Shown: positions 63,906 to 64,000 of the stretch, piece after piece | Layout of the letters: each line of letters starts with the position of its first letter | Numbering within the stretch: the stretch's first letter is position 1 | DNA from: an uncultured Gemmatimonadales bacterium | GTDB lineage: Bacteria; Gemmatimonadota; Gemmatimonadetes; Longimicrobiales; RSA9 | Assembly: GCA_963798085.1 (NCBI GenBank) | Contig: CAWCRS010000008.1 | Coordinates: 96,001-160,000 of the forward strand | Length of the DNA: 64,000 nt | Direction of reading: 5' to 3' | Program-made: the position numbers and the translations under genes | The notes under the pieces: model-generated | Databases searched by the model: none | What the model was told of the DNA's origin: nothing | The model's input: the letters and a program-made list of their open reading frames with translations, nothing else

Positions 63906-64000
63906 GGTGTCATTATCGGCATTATAATTTTCCGCATGATAGTATTCGAGGTGGAAGCGCCGCAAGGAGGGGCAGGCCGGGGCGGCGACTGCGGACAAGG

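Overview
High-GC bacterial chromosome segment. The expanded orphan ADOP/MacB-like permeases with PadR, barrel-less TonB-plug-like proteins and a DUF4384 protein suggest a Gemmatimonadota/Acidobacteriota-like organism (inference). At least 14 otherwise intact genes carry single-base frameshifts, which looks like long-read assembly error rather than mass pseudogenisation. Content is mostly transport and housekeeping: an NhaP antiporter, six orphan duplicated ABC permeases, an ATPase/FtsX/AttH operon, an RND efflux triad, lutA-lutB(C), degP, trxC, an argB-like gene, an SPFH-Arc operon and panE. No rRNA, tRNA or CRISPR array was recognised. Best leads: (1) 28.4-31.5 kb, two paralogous ~100-aa secreted two-cysteine mini-proteins with a conserved scaffold and a variable central hairpin (one hidden by a frameshift), followed by a beta-propeller lipoprotein and a DsbA-like oxidase; (2) an HUH/Y1 RAYT-like transposase with a C-terminal HTH, bracketed by perfect 22-bp inverted repeats; (3) a shared ATACTATCATG motif linking a PadR gene to a distant orphan permease; (4) two REP/MITE-like intergenic repeat families.
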